A stretch of 64,000 nucleotides of DNA, from positions 32,001 through 96,000 of the IMG/VR virus record IMGVR_UViG_3300042396_000723; one strand, 5' to 3'. Source of the DNA: a virus. The notes under the pieces are model-generated. The model worked only from the letters and a program-made list of their open reading frames with translations, made no database searches and had not been told where the DNA came from. The translations under genes and the position numbers were made by a program. Each line of letters starts with the position of its first letter. Positions within the stretch are counted from its first letter, which is position 1. This document shows positions 9,717 to 18,987 of this stretch, piece after piece.

Positions 9717-9829
9717 TTTGTCTCCATAATGTTTCCTGTGGGATGCCCCTACTCTGACGGGAATCAGAAATAGGGGCTTTTAATTTATTTTATCGCCACC
9801 ATTGTCCGTCGCTGATGAAGTCTTGATCG

Positions 9830-10159
9830 TTAGATAAACAAACTTAACTGACCCTCACTAGCAACCGCTTTACGTTTTGGATTGTTCCACGATTCCCCCC
9901 GACTGTTGACACGGTTTCGCCAGTGGGGATAGGTTCTGAACGGTTGTTTCAGTGCCACAAATTTAGGAATCAGTTTCAATTCCTCAAGCCAGATTTTGTA
10001 AGGACTGTATTCCCTGGCTCCGAATGGGTAGCGGTCGTTGCAATACTTCCGGGCATCCTTAGAGTTGATCTCTTCGCTCAGACAAGCGCATTGTGCTTCG
10101 TACTCGATCAAAGAGTCTGCAATCTTTGAGATTGAACAATCGCGCCAAGACATTTGCAT
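9830..10159 (-). CDS. hypothetical protein
   Basis: 109 aa ORF. Confidence 0.35.
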   Translation of the reverse strand: MQMSWRDCSISKIADSLIEYEAQCACLSEEINSKDARKYCNDRYPFGAREYSPYKIWLEELKLIPKFVALKQPFRTYPHWRNRVNSRGESWNNPKRKAVASEGQLSLFI

Positions 10160-10290
10160 TTCAATTCCCTCCAGAATAATAATTCAACCAATACCAAAAC
10201 GTTGTCAGTTGCCACTCGTGGGGTTTTTTACGACTGACAATATTGCGCCATAGTCTGAAGTTGGCTCGAAAGTCACGCAGGCCAGTCCAA

Positions 10291-10572
10291 TCAATCATGT
10301 TTCCTCCTGTGTTTTTTGGGGTTTAGCGATCGCAAATAATCTGCAATCGCTCGGCAATGGTTTGGATCATTAACATCTTCATGACACTGAATCCAATGTT
10401 TAATCAGTGTCAAATTGTAGCCATACCCCGCCCGATTCCCCCCAGGGCGTTTGTAATAATGAATATTTTCGATCCATTTTTTGTGAGAGTGTTTAACGGA
10501 ATCGGGATTTTTTAATCCCAGGAGTTTGACCGCTTCATGTTTGGAGCCAAATTCGTAGGCTGTGGCAATCAT
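10291..10572 (-). CDS. small DNA-binding protein, excisionase/MerR-like HTH (tentative)
   Basis: 93 aa; pattern HYYKRPGGNRAGYGYNLTLIKHWI resembles excisionase-type HTH proteins; weak. Confidence 0.25.
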   Translation of the reverse strand: MIATAYEFGSKHEAVKLLGLKNPDSVKHSHKKWIENIHYYKRPGGNRAGYGYNLTLIKHWIQCHEDVNDPNHCRAIADYLRSLNPKKHRRKHD

Positions 10573-10958
10573 AAACCTTGAATCCTTAACTGAATAGGAA
10601 CCTCGTTAATCTCCAACAATCCTTTTTTAGAAAGTTTTGCCAATTCAACCTGAACATCTTGCACGTCGAATTTAATTTCTTTCTCCTTCCCCAATGGAGT
10701 TACGCCAGAACAGTCAAGTATTGTGATTAGATTTTCTGGTGTAACTTCTAAATCTTTATTGCAGCCATAAAGAAGACGAAGCATATAGAGAATGTAGACA
10801 GATTTGTTTATTCCCCCTGCTATTAAATCCGATTGCAAATTATAAACAGATTGGACTAATTTACCCTGTTTATTCATCACTGTCCCCATATTTTTCTCTG
10901 GGGCTTTTAATTGAATGACGTTATCAATTTCAGTGGTTTCAATTTGTTCAACTTGCAT
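10569..10958 (-). CDS. hypothetical protein
   Basis: 129 aa; start/stop overlap with neighbour. Confidence 0.35.
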   Translation of the reverse strand: MQVEQIETTEIDNVIQLKAPEKNMGTVMNKQGKLVQSVYNLQSDLIAGGINKSVYILYMLRLLYGCNKDLEVTPENLITILDCSGVTPLGKEKEIKFDVQDVQVELAKLSKKGLLEINEVPIQLRIQGL

Positions 10959-10967
10959 AATCTTCTC

Positions 10968-11261
10968 CTATCTAGTAAAACTGATTTGAGCATCCCAGAG
11001 GGTTTGAAGCCACTGGTTTTGCGTGGGCATTAAGTGTTGATTTTTTTCTCTTAACGGATGCGGGAACATCCTCCGAGCTAGTTTAGATGCTGCGATCGCA
11101 TCTTTTTTAGAATGAAAATACCCAGGGAAACGTCGCCCTGATGCCAAGTGAGTAACCCCCCAGTAATCGTCGTCAATCCGATGTACAGCGATCCACTTTC
11201 TGATAGTTGCCTTTACTTTCCATCGCCCATAAATAGTATGGGTTACAATCGTTTTTCTCAT
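10968..11261 (-). CDS. hypothetical protein
   Basis: 97 aa. Confidence 0.35.
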   Translation of the reverse strand: MRKTIVTHTIYGRWKVKATIRKWIAVHRIDDDYWGVTHLASGRRFPGYFHSKKDAIAASKLARRMFPHPLREKNQHLMPTQNQWLQTLWDAQISFTR

Positions 11262-11449
11262 GACTCAACCCTTGTTCTTGTGATAACTGAAACGGGAACC
11301 CCGTCCCAATCTTCCTGGATATAGTATCTGCCAGTGCCAGATTTATTCATTTCCTCGCACTTTTTCCGAGCTTGATTAAATCTCGGATAAGACGCGATAA
11401 TAACGCCTTTTCCTAGTTCCCAAATCGCGTAGCCTTTCTGTTTGCTCAT
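11258..11449 (-). CDS. hypothetical protein
   Basis: 63 aa; overlapping stop/start with downstream gene. Confidence 0.3.
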   Translation of the reverse strand: MSKQKGYAIWELGKGVIIASYPRFNQARKKCEEMNKSGTGRYYIQEDWDGVPVSVITRTRVES

Positions 11450-11541
11450 CTTTCTGTCTTAATGTTAATTTGGCATATTCAATAGCAAAAAATATGCCCC
11501 CTTTATACTGTTTTTCCCTGTATGGATTGGGGGCTTAAACT

Positions 11542-11697
11542 TTAAGCTCGTTTTAATCTCGAACCATATTGAACGTGATGGTATAGAGTCTCAACAGTTT
11601 TGAACCGATGCCCACAGTCTGGACATTTCCGCTCTCGGTACTCTTTCCTCGTGCCGACTACACAAGTCTTTTCAGCGTTGCATTTAGGACATTTCAT
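11542..11697 (-). CDS. zinc-ribbon small protein (not in ORF track)
   Basis: My own translation: MKCPKCNAEKTCVVGTRKEYRERKCPDCGHRFKTVETLYHHVQYGSRLKRA (51 aa), CxxC...CxxC; GGAGG upstream; start overlaps the TAA of a 32-aa upstream ORF (TAATG). Confidence 0.45.
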   Translation of the reverse strand: MKCPKCNAEKTCVVGTRKEYRERKCPDCGHRFKTVETLYHHVQYGSRLKRA

Positions 11698-11898
11698 TAC
11701 AACACCTCCTCCTTCTTGTTGTAAAAGTCTTTTAGTTCGCTAATGGCTTTAATGAGAAGATCAATTTCTGGAGAATAACGCTTCGTACTTGACATCTGGT
11801 TTCTGGTTAATGGGTTAAAAAAGGGGTGTAGCTAGAGGGCTTTCCACCCCAGGAGATTCTTACTTACACAAACGTTTAAATGATTAAACGATTTTTGT

Positions 11899-12054
11899 CT
11901 AAACATCACCTCCTTCATCTTCGGCTTCAATATCAATTGAAGCATCCGCTTTTTCTAGCAGCCATTCGATAAATTCTTGGTAGATTTCTTCTTTGGTCAA
12001 AGAAGGATAATCTATTTCTTCTGTGTCACCACAAGCTCTAAATATTGCTTTCAT
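11899..12054 (-). CDS. small acidic protein (not in ORF track)
   Basis: My own translation: MKAIFRACGDTEEIDYPSLTKEEIYQEFIEWLLEKADASIDIEAEDEGGDV (51 aa); ATG overlaps TGA of upstream gene (ATGA). Confidence 0.35.
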   Translation of the reverse strand: MKAIFRACGDTEEIDYPSLTKEEIYQEFIEWLLEKADASIDIEAEDEGGDV

Positions 12055-12347
12055 GATTCTCCTTTCTGCTTGATATAATCCCCAAGCGATAAAACATAAA
12101 CTTCTGTCCCTTGTTCAATTGTTCCTTCGCTCCATTCAGGCTTGGGGATTCCCTTAGAGATTCCTAACAAAGTAACTGTTACCGAGGGGACGCTGTTGCC
12201 GTATCCGTTGGTAAAGCGGATATGGGTTAGTGGCTTATGAAATCGGGATTGATAGTAAGGTTTAATCTCCCGATATTCCTCTAGCTTCACGCCGGAGGCT
12301 ATCATGTCAAACCACTTTTTCTTGATGGCTAGAGTTAAGGTTTTCAT
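12051..12347 (-). CDS. ASCH/DUF3850-like domain protein (tentative)
   Basis: 98 aa; N-terminus MKTLTLAIKKKWFDMIASGVKLEEYR resembles the ASCH beta-barrel N-terminal pattern. Confidence 0.35.
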   Translation of the reverse strand: MKTLTLAIKKKWFDMIASGVKLEEYREIKPYYQSRFHKPLTHIRFTNGYGNSVPSVTVTLLGISKGIPKPEWSEGTIEQGTEVYVLSLGDYIKQKGES

Positions 12348-12379
12348 AACCCTTTTCCTGCTCTCATAAGTTCATTGAT

Positions 12380-12589
12380 CTAGCGAGTGCGATCGCGCCC
12401 CGCTTGTTGACCATCTTCATAACACCCTTGATCAAGGTGTGCTATTACTTCATCCCCTTTCAGGAGCCACCATTTCCGGTGATAAGGGACAGAACCCGTA
12501 GCGGTTCCCCAGAGTTCAACGCCTTCGGGCATCGCGTAATAATCTTTGTCGTAATTTGAAGCCACCCGTCTAATTTCTGATGCGTTCAT
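12380..12589 (-). CDS. hypothetical protein
   Basis: 69 aa. Confidence 0.3.
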   Translation of the reverse strand: MNASEIRRVASNYDKDYYAMPEGVELWGTATGSVPYHRKWWLLKGDEVIAHLDQGCYEDGQQAGRDRTR

Positions 12590-12668
12590 AATTCTCTTAT
12601 TTATGCTGGGTTTTGAATTGGGGGAATTTCACCCCCGGAGTTAATCAGTCAAGAACCAAGGCAATTAT

Positions 12669-13352
12669 TTAGAAATCGAAATTACTTCCAGTGAGAACTT
12701 TTACTTCAACAGGTGGCAGCGCCGAGGGGAGTGTGGGAGTTTTGTTCCCAACTAAATAACTCAATTCATCTTGAGCAAGACCATCAATGCACTGCATCAT
12801 CCGAGTCCCTTCCATGTCGGTCATTCGAGACAGATTAGCCGGATCAGCTAAAACCGCCGACGCTTGATCTAACATCGCCCAGTCGGTGCGCTCCTGCCAA
12901 GACCACTTAAGGCTGTAATAATTAACAGGCTTGATAACGTTGTTGGCATCGGGTTTGGAGCTTGACTGTTTGACAAATTCGGGTACAAAAATGCCTGTCG
13001 CGGGTTCCACACCTCGCGCTTGAACTTCTGTGACGAGGCGGTTAAAATCCCCTAAAGATTGGGTTTTTAAGTACGTCACCATCACCACACCTTTAGGCAG
13101 TTCCCCCGATTCAGCGACGAACCAAATCTGTCCCCAGGTTGCGCCTTGAGTTTGTCCGAGGTCGCCCCAGAATTTGGAGAATTTCAGGATTGTCATGGAA
13201 CATTTAGAGCCATAATCGGTGTCGCCAATTGTCCATTGTCCGGCTTGGCAATTGTTACGAACGGCAATAGGGAAATTGGGAACTAAGATTGCATCTTTCG
13301 GCTTAGCTCCGAAGACGGAAATAGTGGATTTTTCGGCTGCTGTTTTTGTCAT
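12669..13352 (-). CDS. hypothetical protein
   Basis: 227 aa; long ORF, no motif recognised. Confidence 0.45.
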   Translation of the reverse strand: MTKTAAEKSTISVFGAKPKDAILVPNFPIAVRNNCQAGQWTIGDTDYGSKCSMTILKFSKFWGDLGQTQGATWGQIWFVAESGELPKGVVMVTYLKTQSLGDFNRLVTEVQARGVEPATGIFVPEFVKQSSSKPDANNVIKPVNYYSLKWSWQERTDWAMLDQASAVLADPANLSRMTDMEGTRMMQCIDGLAQDELSYLVGNKTPTLPSALPPVEVKVLTGSNFDF

Positions 13353-13445
13353 TTTGTTTTAGCTTGGTTTCTGTTAGTTTAATTAGGCTTAATCGCACCG
13401 CCCCAACGCCTCACAATCGCACTATGAAGCGTAAGGGAAAAACGA

Positions 13446-13682
13446 TTACTGATTACGCTCTTTGTACATATCAAAAGGATAAAAGTCGTCATCCGGCATT
13501 TCGGGAAAGAAGCCGTCGCTACCATCGGCAAATAGAATAATTCCCCCTGAGTTGTTGGGGTTCTTGATAAAAATGTCCCCTTCTGGATTTGAGAAATAAT
13601 CCAGACTTAAACTAGATCCACGATCAGATCCGATCTCATAGGCTCTATCTAAATTTTTTCTGTCCATGTTAGTTTTCTCCAA
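13446..13682 (-). CDS. hypothetical protein
   Basis: 78 aa acidic. Confidence 0.3.
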   Translation of the reverse strand: MEKTNMDRKNLDRAYEIGSDRGSSLSLDYFSNPEGDIFIKNPNNSGGIILFADGSDGFFPEMPDDDFYPFDMYKERNQ

Positions 13683-13866
13683 GAATTGAATTAATTAATT
13701 CGTTAAACTCATTCATTGTTCCCTGTGGAATCTGCTTAATAATTGCAGGGATCAAAACATCGTCAATCTCAATACATCGGTCGTTATAGGTTTCGTTGAA
13801 CTCGACAATGAAGTCGCGTTCTTCTATTAATTCGACGAATCTTTCAGCCAACTGCTTAACATCCAT
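13669..13866 (-). CDS. hypothetical protein
   Basis: 65 aa. Confidence 0.3.
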   Translation of the reverse strand: MDVKQLAERFVELIEERDFIVEFNETYNDRCIEIDDVLIPAIIKQIPQGTMNEFNELINSILGEN

Positions 13867-14096
13867 TACGCCACCTCCTCGTGGGATTTGTAATATTTCA
13901 CCGATCCGTTGTCGTAACGATATTCGATCCGATAGACTCGGTTAAATTTATCAGTTTCTTCTTTATTCGGAAATCCTATGATTCCTTCACATCTGAAGGT
14001 GGGATTTTCCCCATTCTCTCCCACCCATTCTTTAAATTCTTGGTAGGTGTCGAAGTTGATGGGTTCGATTCCCAGCGTGATGTAGTTACTGTTCAT
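13866..14096 (-). CDS. hypothetical protein
   Basis: 76 aa. Confidence 0.3.
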   Translation of the reverse strand: MNSNYITLGIEPINFDTYQEFKEWVGENGENPTFRCEGIIGFPNKEETDKFNRVYRIEYRYDNGSVKYYKSHEEVA

Positions 14097-14171
14097 TTTT
14101 TTTGCCTTAAATAATTAATGCTTTGTTGAACCTTTTAGGGACTTGTTCAGGTCTCGGTTGTTCTATGGGTA

Positions 14172-14696
14172 TTAATAGCGGTTTTCCTCCTCAGTCCAAC
14201 TTTGTTCAACTAAGCAATCAACAGCTAACTGAAACGAACTATGGCGGGACGTACTATACTGAAAACCTTTCCCATGCACCAGCATCTCACCGACCGCATA
14301 AAACCAGGATTTGTACTGGACTACGAAACCCAACTTACAACCCGTCTCATAAATAACCGTCCCCTGTTGTTTGGCTAAGGAAACAATCATTTCTTGAGTT
14401 GGTTGATTCGCGTCGATTAATTCCCGTTTTTGGGAACAGATTAGCTCCCAATAGAATGAGAACTGATCCGCACCAATTAGAATTGCGCCACCATCAGCTA
14501 ACACAAATTTCAAGATGTCGTGATTGGTAAAGATACCTGTTATCTGTTCGGGCGTGGGATTGATTTGTCCGAATGTGTCCCAAGCAATGACTTGGGCAGC
14601 GATGGTCTTGTCTAGTGCTAACGCCATGATTTCCCCTGAAATCAGAGGGGCGGGCGCTGTCTGAACTTGACTTGTTTGGACGGTTGTTGCTATCAT
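14172..14696 (-). CDS. hypothetical protein
   Basis: 174 aa. Confidence 0.4.
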   Translation of the reverse strand: MIATTVQTSQVQTAPAPLISGEIMALALDKTIAAQVIAWDTFGQINPTPEQITGIFTNHDILKFVLADGGAILIGADQFSFYWELICSQKRELIDANQPTQEMIVSLAKQQGTVIYETGCKLGFVVQYKSWFYAVGEMLVHGKGFQYSTSRHSSFQLAVDCLVEQSWTEEENRY

Positions 14697-14915
14697 GGTT
14701 TAGTTGGGTTTTGACCCGTAAGGCGGTTGGCACTGATGTTGTAGTCGGGTGCTGACCGCTTTTGGCTTTGTATCTACAATCTTATAGTAATCTGATTACT
14801 ATGTCAAGGGGTTTCGGAAAAATTCTTGTTACTACACAAAAAGAAGTTTAGGTATTGGCGGCAAGGCTTGTACAGAAAGGCATTTAGCTTATGCGGTTGC
14901 AATCGACAATCACTC

Positions 14916-15188
14916 TCATCGCTTCTGACTAAAGGACTTGATTGTCACGGTAGGGAACAGGTCTCGGATATCAGCACCGAGGGTCTTTAAAACAAAATCC
15001 AATCTTTCACGACTAACAGATGCAACTTTTCCCTGTTCCCATTTGAGGATTGTGTCAAAGGAAACCGTTGGCTCCGTAAGGGTTGCAAGTTTTTTTTGCG
15101 ATATGTTTTTGGCATTTCTTACATCTTGCAATCTAGTCCCAACGTCCTTATCCCAAGCAATTTGGACAATACAGTTATATGGAATCAT
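14916..15188 (-). CDS. XRE-family HTH transcriptional regulator (repressor candidate)
   Basis: HTH pattern GTRLQDVRNAKNISQKKLATLTEPTVSFDTILKWEQGK; I place the start at ATG 15188 (MIPYN..., GGAG upstream) rather than track start 15401; divergent from replication block. Confidence 0.55.
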   Translation of the reverse strand: MIPYNCIVQIAWDKDVGTRLQDVRNAKNISQKKLATLTEPTVSFDTILKWEQGKVASVSRERLDFVLKTLGADIRDLFPTVTIKSFSQKR

Positions 15189-15465
15189 AATCTCCTCTTC
15201 TTGATCTTTCGGTATAGTATTGACATTACTACCTTTTTGTTCTAACATAGCAATATTGTAGGAATCTGGCAAGACCAAATCACCAGATTCCTGCACCCCC
15301 TGAAACAACAAGCCTTGGATCGGCTTTGTAAATCGTAAGGGGAAAAACCCGAAAAGGAAAATGCCTATGGGATGAAACTGAACGGGCAGATTGTAGAACA
15401 CCTAAATACCAGAGGGAAGATTCAAGCATTCCCTTTGGTTTCCTAAATAATGAAATGAAAAAAAT

Positions 15466-15568
15466 AGCGATAGCGATTGCGATTGCGATTTTTGCAGTCA
15501 TAAATTGTTTATTAATTTTCTGTGATGATTCGCAGAAAATCGGGGAAAATTCCCCGTCGGAAGAGCAA
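15466..15568. promoter_or_regulatory. switch-region repeats and palindromes (operator candidates)
   Basis: Intergenic: 4x GCGAT(A/T) hexamers at 15466-15490; near-palindrome CGGGGAAAATTCCCCG at 15541-15556; inverted pair TCCCCGT...ACGGGGA. Confidence 0.3.
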
Positions 15569-15630
15569 CCCAAACGGGGAGATGGTCGAAGAAGCTGATC
15601 ATCATTTTCCCTAAAAATTTTGAGGAAAAT

Positions 15631-15909
15631 ATGAAGATTTCAATTTCAGAAGAATTGGATGACATTGGAATGTCCGCCGAAGCATTCCGAGTCTATTTTG
15701 CGATCGTTTGCCATATTGCAAATCACGAGACGTTTCCAACGGTTGATCAAATCACGTCAAAATGTTTTTCCAGACGACGCGCGTCTGGAAAAACGCAGAC
15801 AAGGCTTGCGTTGCGCGAGCTAATTAAGCTCGGTTTAATTAGCGGTGATATCGAAACGGAAAACTATACCTTAGTTCATCCCAGTAAGTGGGAAGTGGGG
15901 GCTGTATGA
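15631..15909 (+). CDS. winged-helix DNA-binding protein (replication-associated, putative)
   Basis: 92 aa; FRVYFAIV...FPTVDQITSKC...RLALRELIKLGLI resembles HTH domains at N-termini of replication initiators; ATGA overlap with next gene. Confidence 0.4.
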   Translation: MKISISEELDDIGMSAEAFRVYFAIVCHIANHETFPTVDQITSKCFSRRRASGKTQTRLALRELIKLGLISGDIETENYTLVHPSKWEVGAV

Positions 15910-17081
15910 AACCATCTATTCTAGCCGCCTTTGCAGAAGCCGTCCCCTATATCCCCGGACTCAGACAGCAAACAGGGAGCGTAGTAGCCACGATTCTTAT
16001 GATGCAACTTGAGTATCGTTTCGCAAAGTATCCAGACGGGTTTTATAAGTTTTTAGAACCCCCTCAAAACGGACATCAGGACTACAGGCTTGGGGATAGT
16101 TGGGTTGAGGAACTCGCTTTTTCTAAAGAAGAATTTAGGACTGGGTTTGACAAGATTGGAGTCCGTTACAACTCCAAAACCCAGTATGACGAAGCAAAAT
16201 CTAGCGGATCGGAATTTGGTTGTAATTACTACTGTTCTTACGTTGACCGGAGGTCGGGGTTAACTTTCTACTTTCGGAATCACAGCAAGGTAGATGAGCT
16301 AATTTCCGATATCGAACCCAGGCAAAAATCAGTGGGTTTTCGCCCACGGAAAACTAGACCCCAAATGGTAGATCCCAATCTACAGGAAATCGGGAATCCC
16401 AATTTACTGAATATGGTAAATCCCAATTTACCATCATCGGGAATCCCAATTTACCAGAGTGGTGAATCCCAATTTCCTATTCCTTATATAGATATTTCAG
16501 AAAAGACTTCAGAAAAGACTCCAGAAAATACCCCCCTTACCCCCCAAGGGGAATCGGAGGAGGGGGGGATTCAGAACGAAGCCGTTTTGATTTCAAACGA
16601 AGACCAGGGGAAAGAGCTTACCGAGGACTCTGCTACACAGCAAAGTCAAAAAGAGAATCACCGACCTGAACAAAATCTTAATCCGGTGATCAGACATTCC
16701 GCCGCCGTCGAGTCCGATCCTCGATTTCTACCAACGGACGCAACAGCAGACAATATGAAAACTTGGAACGCAATTGTGGCGACCGGAGCCATGAGAGGTG
16801 AGCGATCGCCCGACCCTGAGTTTTTGGAATATTACAGGGGGCTATTAAGCAAATGCACTCATTACAGGGGCAAAGACTGTAATTCAAACCATGCCAAATC
16901 TTCCCTTGCTCAGAAATGGAAATCCGAGCCACTAAAAATCCTTGCCGATGCCGAGTCGTGGTTGAAATCAAAAGCCAAGTTTAGCGGTGGCAAATCAACC
17001 CAGACCCGCAATATCAGCGAACTTTCTAGGGATGAACGCCTCGCCATCCTGAGAGCCAAACGCGAACAAAAAGGAGCCTAA
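15906..17081 (+). CDS. replication initiator / replisome organiser candidate
   Basis: Sits just upstream of DnaB; contains five direct repeats (iteron-like) plus an AT-rich stretch; C-terminal half low-complexity. Confidence 0.45.
   Translation: MKPSILAAFAEAVPYIPGLRQQTGSVVATILMMQLEYRFAKYPDGFYKFLEPPQNGHQDYRLGDSWVEELAFSKEEFRTGFDKIGVRYNSKTQYDEAKSSGSEFGCNYYCSYVDRRSGLTFYFRNHSKVDELISDIEPRQKSVGFRPRKTRPQMVDPNLQEIGNPNLLNMVNPNLPSSGIPIYQSGESQFPIPYIDISEKTSEKTPENTPLTPQGESEEGGIQNEAVLISNEDQGKELTEDSATQQSQKENHRPEQNLNPVIRHSAAVESDPRFLPTDATADNMKTWNAIVATGAMRGERSPDPEFLEYYRGLLSKCTHYRGKDCNSNHAKSSLAQKWKSEPLKILADAESWLKSKAKFSGGKSTQTRNISELSRDERLAILRAKREQKGA
16372..16473 (+). repeat. iteron-like direct repeats (putative origin)
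   Basis: Five copies of (G)AATCCCAAT(T)TAC with cores at 16372, 16396, 16420, 16443, 16466 (23-24 bp spacing), followed by AT-rich sequence to about 16530. Confidence 0.5.
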
Positions 17082-17083
17082 CC

Positions 17084-17671
17084 ATGACCGAGCTTAACGA
17101 TGAAATCTTTGATCAGGGAATTGAAAACCTGAAAGAAAATTTTTCCGACGCGATTTTCACCGAACTCAAATATGAAATTTGGTTCGACAAACTCTCTCAG
17201 GAGTTATCAGCTGAAGAATTTGAGACTGCAATCCGTGAGGCAATTTTCAACCTTAGCAAGTGTCCCACGGGAAAAGAGCTTGTAAGCCTCGTTAAAGAAT
17301 CCGAACGTGAGTTAGTAAGTAACTGTTGGTCAAGATGCCTAGAATCGCTTGCTAAACGCCTCCCGTTGAATAATTTAGACGATGCGAGTCAATATGCAAT
17401 CGTTCAACTCGGAGGGATGTCTCACCTTGGGTCGATTGAAAGTACCCAACTCAACTACCTGAGCAACGATTTCAAGACTCATTGGCAAGCCTACCGAAAA
17501 GCCCCGCGAGAATTTGAGCGTCCCACGCAGGTCATCCCCCGTGAGCAAATCGAGTTCAAGCCCAATGGACTCAAGCCACAGATTTCAGAGGAACAGAAGT
17601 TAAAAAATCAGGAATTTCTAAATAACCTGATCGCCACAAAAATGAATAAAAACTTAAATGGAGCGAAATAA
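17084..17671 (+). CDS. hypothetical protein (possible helicase loader by position)
   Basis: 195 aa between initiator candidate and DnaB; stop overlaps DnaB start; no motif recognised. Confidence 0.35.
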   Translation: MTELNDEIFDQGIENLKENFSDAIFTELKYEIWFDKLSQELSAEEFETAIREAIFNLSKCPTGKELVSLVKESERELVSNCWSRCLESLAKRLPLNNLDDASQYAIVQLGGMSHLGSIESTQLNYLSNDFKTHWQAYRKAPREFERPTQVIPREQIEFKPNGLKPQISEEQKLKNQEFLNNLIATKMNKNLNGAK

Positions 17672-18987
17672 TGGAAACAATAATCATGCAAAACGTTGAG
17701 GCAGAACAAGCCGTTTTGGGAGCGATTCTCTTAGACCCCGAAGCTATGGGGCGAGTTGCGGAAACGCTAACTGCTAAATCTTTTTCCCTGCGATCGCATC
17801 AAACAATCTACAAAGCAGCTTTAGCATTACATTCCGAGGGAATAACCACGGATTTAATGACCGTCACTACCTGGTTATCCGATCAGAAATTACTTGAAAA
17901 AGCCGGGGGACAATTAGGATTAACCCAATTATTAGACCGCACAGTTTCAGCAGTTAACATTGATCAATACGGGCTGTTAATTGCCGATAAGCAAACTCGA
18001 AGAAACCTAATTGAATCTGCCCATAAAATTATTGAATTGGCAGAAGATACCAGTCAACCTTTAGAGACAATTCTCCAAAAGTCAGAGGAACAAATTGCTA
18101 ATATTTCCCAATCAAAATCACAACAGGATTTAGTTTCGATTGGTGAAACTTTAATTGATACCTTTCAAGAAATTGAAGACCGGAGCGAAAGCAAGATTCC
18201 CCCCGGTGTCCCCTCTGGATTTTATGACCTCGATGCTATGACTGGAGGATTCCAACACACCGACTTAATTATTGTGGCAGGAAGACCTGCAATGGGCAAA
18301 TCGAGTTTGGCTTTAAATTTTGGATATAACATTGCCAAAAAAGGGCTACCCGTCGCGGTCTTCAGTTTAGAAATGTCTAAAGGTCAATTAGTCCAAAGAC
18401 TATTATCGAGCGAAACCAAAATTGAAAGTACCCGCATTCGTTCAGGAAACATTCAGCAAGAGGAATGGGAACCTTTGACAACCGCAATTAGTTCCTTAGC
18501 AGAATTACCGATTTATATTGACGACACCTCGAATATTACCATCACCGAAATGCGTTCTGAAGCTCGAAGATTGCAAGCCGATAACGATGGAAAGTTAGGC
18601 TTAATTCTAATAGATTATCTGCAATTAATGGACGGAGGAAGTGATAATCGGGTGCAAGAATTGTCAAGAATTACACGGGGATTAAAGGGAATGGCAAAAG
18701 ATTTAAACGTTCCTGTAGTTGTCCTGTCTCAGTTGAGTCGTAGCGTCGAACAGCGCACCAATAAACGCCCAATGCTTTCAGACTTGAGAGAATCGGGCTC
18801 AATTGAACAAGACGCGGACTTAGTAATGATGATCTATCGAGATGATTATTATAATCCCAACACTTCGGACGCGGGAATAGCTGAATTAATTTTAGCTAAA
18901 CATCGCAACGGCCCCACCGGAACAGTAAAGCTATTGTTCGATTCTCAATTTACCCAATTTAAAAATTTAGTACGGGGGATGAACTAA
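17671..18987 (+). CDS. dnaB: replicative DNA helicase DnaB
   Basis: 438 aa; Walker A AGRPAMGKSSLALN, Walker B LILIDYLQLM, and SQLSR/ESGSIEQDAD motifs. Confidence 0.9.
   Translation: METIIMQNVEAEQAVLGAILLDPEAMGRVAETLTAKSFSLRSHQTIYKAALALHSEGITTDLMTVTTWLSDQKLLEKAGGQLGLTQLLDRTVSAVNIDQYGLLIADKQTRRNLIESAHKIIELAEDTSQPLETILQKSEEQIANISQSKSQQDLVSIGETLIDTFQEIEDRSESKIPPGVPSGFYDLDAMTGGFQHTDLIIVAGRPAMGKSSLALNFGYNIAKKGLPVAVFSLEMSKGQLVQRLLSSETKIESTRIRSGNIQQEEWEPLTTAISSLAELPIYIDDTSNITITEMRSEARRLQADNDGKLGLILIDYLQLMDGGSDNRVQELSRITRGLKGMAKDLNVPVVVLSQLSRSVEQRTNKRPMLSDLRESGSIEQDADLVMMIYRDDYYNPNTSDAGIAELILAKHRNGPTGTVKLLFDSQFTQFKNLVRGMN

Noticed and set aside
14938-15204. Plus-strand 88-aa ORF overlapping the XRE regulator
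   Set aside because: Antisense to the HTH gene, which has a good ribosome site and clear motif; no independent support.
15280-15573. Minus-strand 97-aa ORF in the switch region
   Set aside because: Low-complexity translation (AIAIAIAI) produced by GCGAT(A/T) hexamer repeats; more likely regulatory DNA than a gene.
16690-16971. Minus-strand 93-aa ORF inside the replication initiator gene
   Set aside because: Antisense to a longer ORF in a coherent plus-strand operon.
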